Source: an uncultured Planctomycetales bacterium
GTDB lineage: Bacteria > Omnitrophota > Gorgyraeia > Zapsychrales > Aceulaceae
Direction: 5' to 3'
DNA length: 64,000 bases
NCBI GenBank assembly: GCA_964648665.1
Contig: CAZYOA010000008.1
Location: 550-64,549, forward strand
Under the pieces are notes generated by a model. The model saw only the letters and a program-made list of their open reading frames with translations. It ran no database searches and was not told where the DNA came from. Positions 63,890 through 64,000 of the stretch are shown here, piece by piece (positions within the stretch are counted from its first letter, which is position 1; the number at the start of each line of letters is the position of its first letter). Made by a program: the position numbers and the translations under genes.

Positions 63890-64000
63890 AAACGATCTCC
63901 TTTTTACAATATTTTATCATACTGCAACAACAATCTATAAACTTATTAGAAACTTTATGAAAAAGGATTTTAGGATTTATAAAATAGACTTTATAAATTT

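Noticed and set aside
63957-64000. ATG at 63957 opening a + strand frame (MKKDFRIYKIDFIN...) that runs to the window end
   Set aside because: Only 14 codons are visible, with no RBS or recognisable motif, so it cannot be supported as a gene.
1-64000. Search by eye for CRISPR repeats, tRNA/rRNA genes, IS elements, toxin-antitoxin or known defence-system genes
   Set aside because: None found. All intergenic regions longer than 150 bp were read on both strands and are explained by promoters, terminators, one riboswitch and two small CDS. A computational scan (tRNAscan-SE, Infernal, CRISPR finders, DefenseFinder) would be needed to be definitive.

Overview
AT-rich bacterial chromosomal segment with about 60 tightly packed genes. 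All but three are on the minus strand, and many junctions overlap by 1-4 bp, so long operons are likely. I recognised no rRNA, tRNA, CRISPR array, transposase, integrase or phage gene. The core (about 9985-34338) is a hydrogen-metabolism supercluster. (1) An Hnd-type, probably electron-bifurcating [FeFe]-hydrogenase operon (hndA-B-C-D order) is preceded by Rex and a Cache/HAMP histidine kinase. It is followed by a stand-alone receiver, a TM1266-type regulator and the HydF/HydG/HydE maturases. (2) An NAD-linked group 3d [NiFe]-hydrogenase (hoxFUYH) comes with its endopeptidase, hypFCDE downstream and hypAB upstream, plus a His-rich putative Ni/Co transporter. The left flank holds a partial large exported protein with a SAM-methyltransferase domain, an RND/LolA-like/OM-barrel exporter operon, an ArsR-thioredoxin-DUF302 operon and a CPA2 antiporter with CBS domains. 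The right flank holds ADP-forming acetyl-CoA synthetase, a cobalamin riboswitch controlling a TonB-dependent receptor, a 1220-aa PAS/GAF histidine kinase with a PilZ-REC protein, a small ferredoxin, PhoH2 and IlvD. It continues with a carotenoid cluster (lycopene cyclase, CrtB, CrtI) beside oxygen-defence genes (NDH-2, DoxX, desulfoferrodoxin), three pseudopilin genes and several envelope proteins of unknown function. The most unusual feature is a complete receiver (REC) domain fused in frame to the NuoE/HndA-like subunit of the [FeFe]-hydrogenase, with a close paralogous free REC, a sensor kinase and Rex in the same gene string. This suggests phosphorylation-dependent control acting directly on a hydrogenase complex. 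All calls rest on motif recognition in the supplied translations and on manual translation; no database search was possible. The gene content suggests an anaerobic, fermentative or H2-cycling diderm, possibly an uncultivated lineage, but I cannot assign taxonomy from this window.
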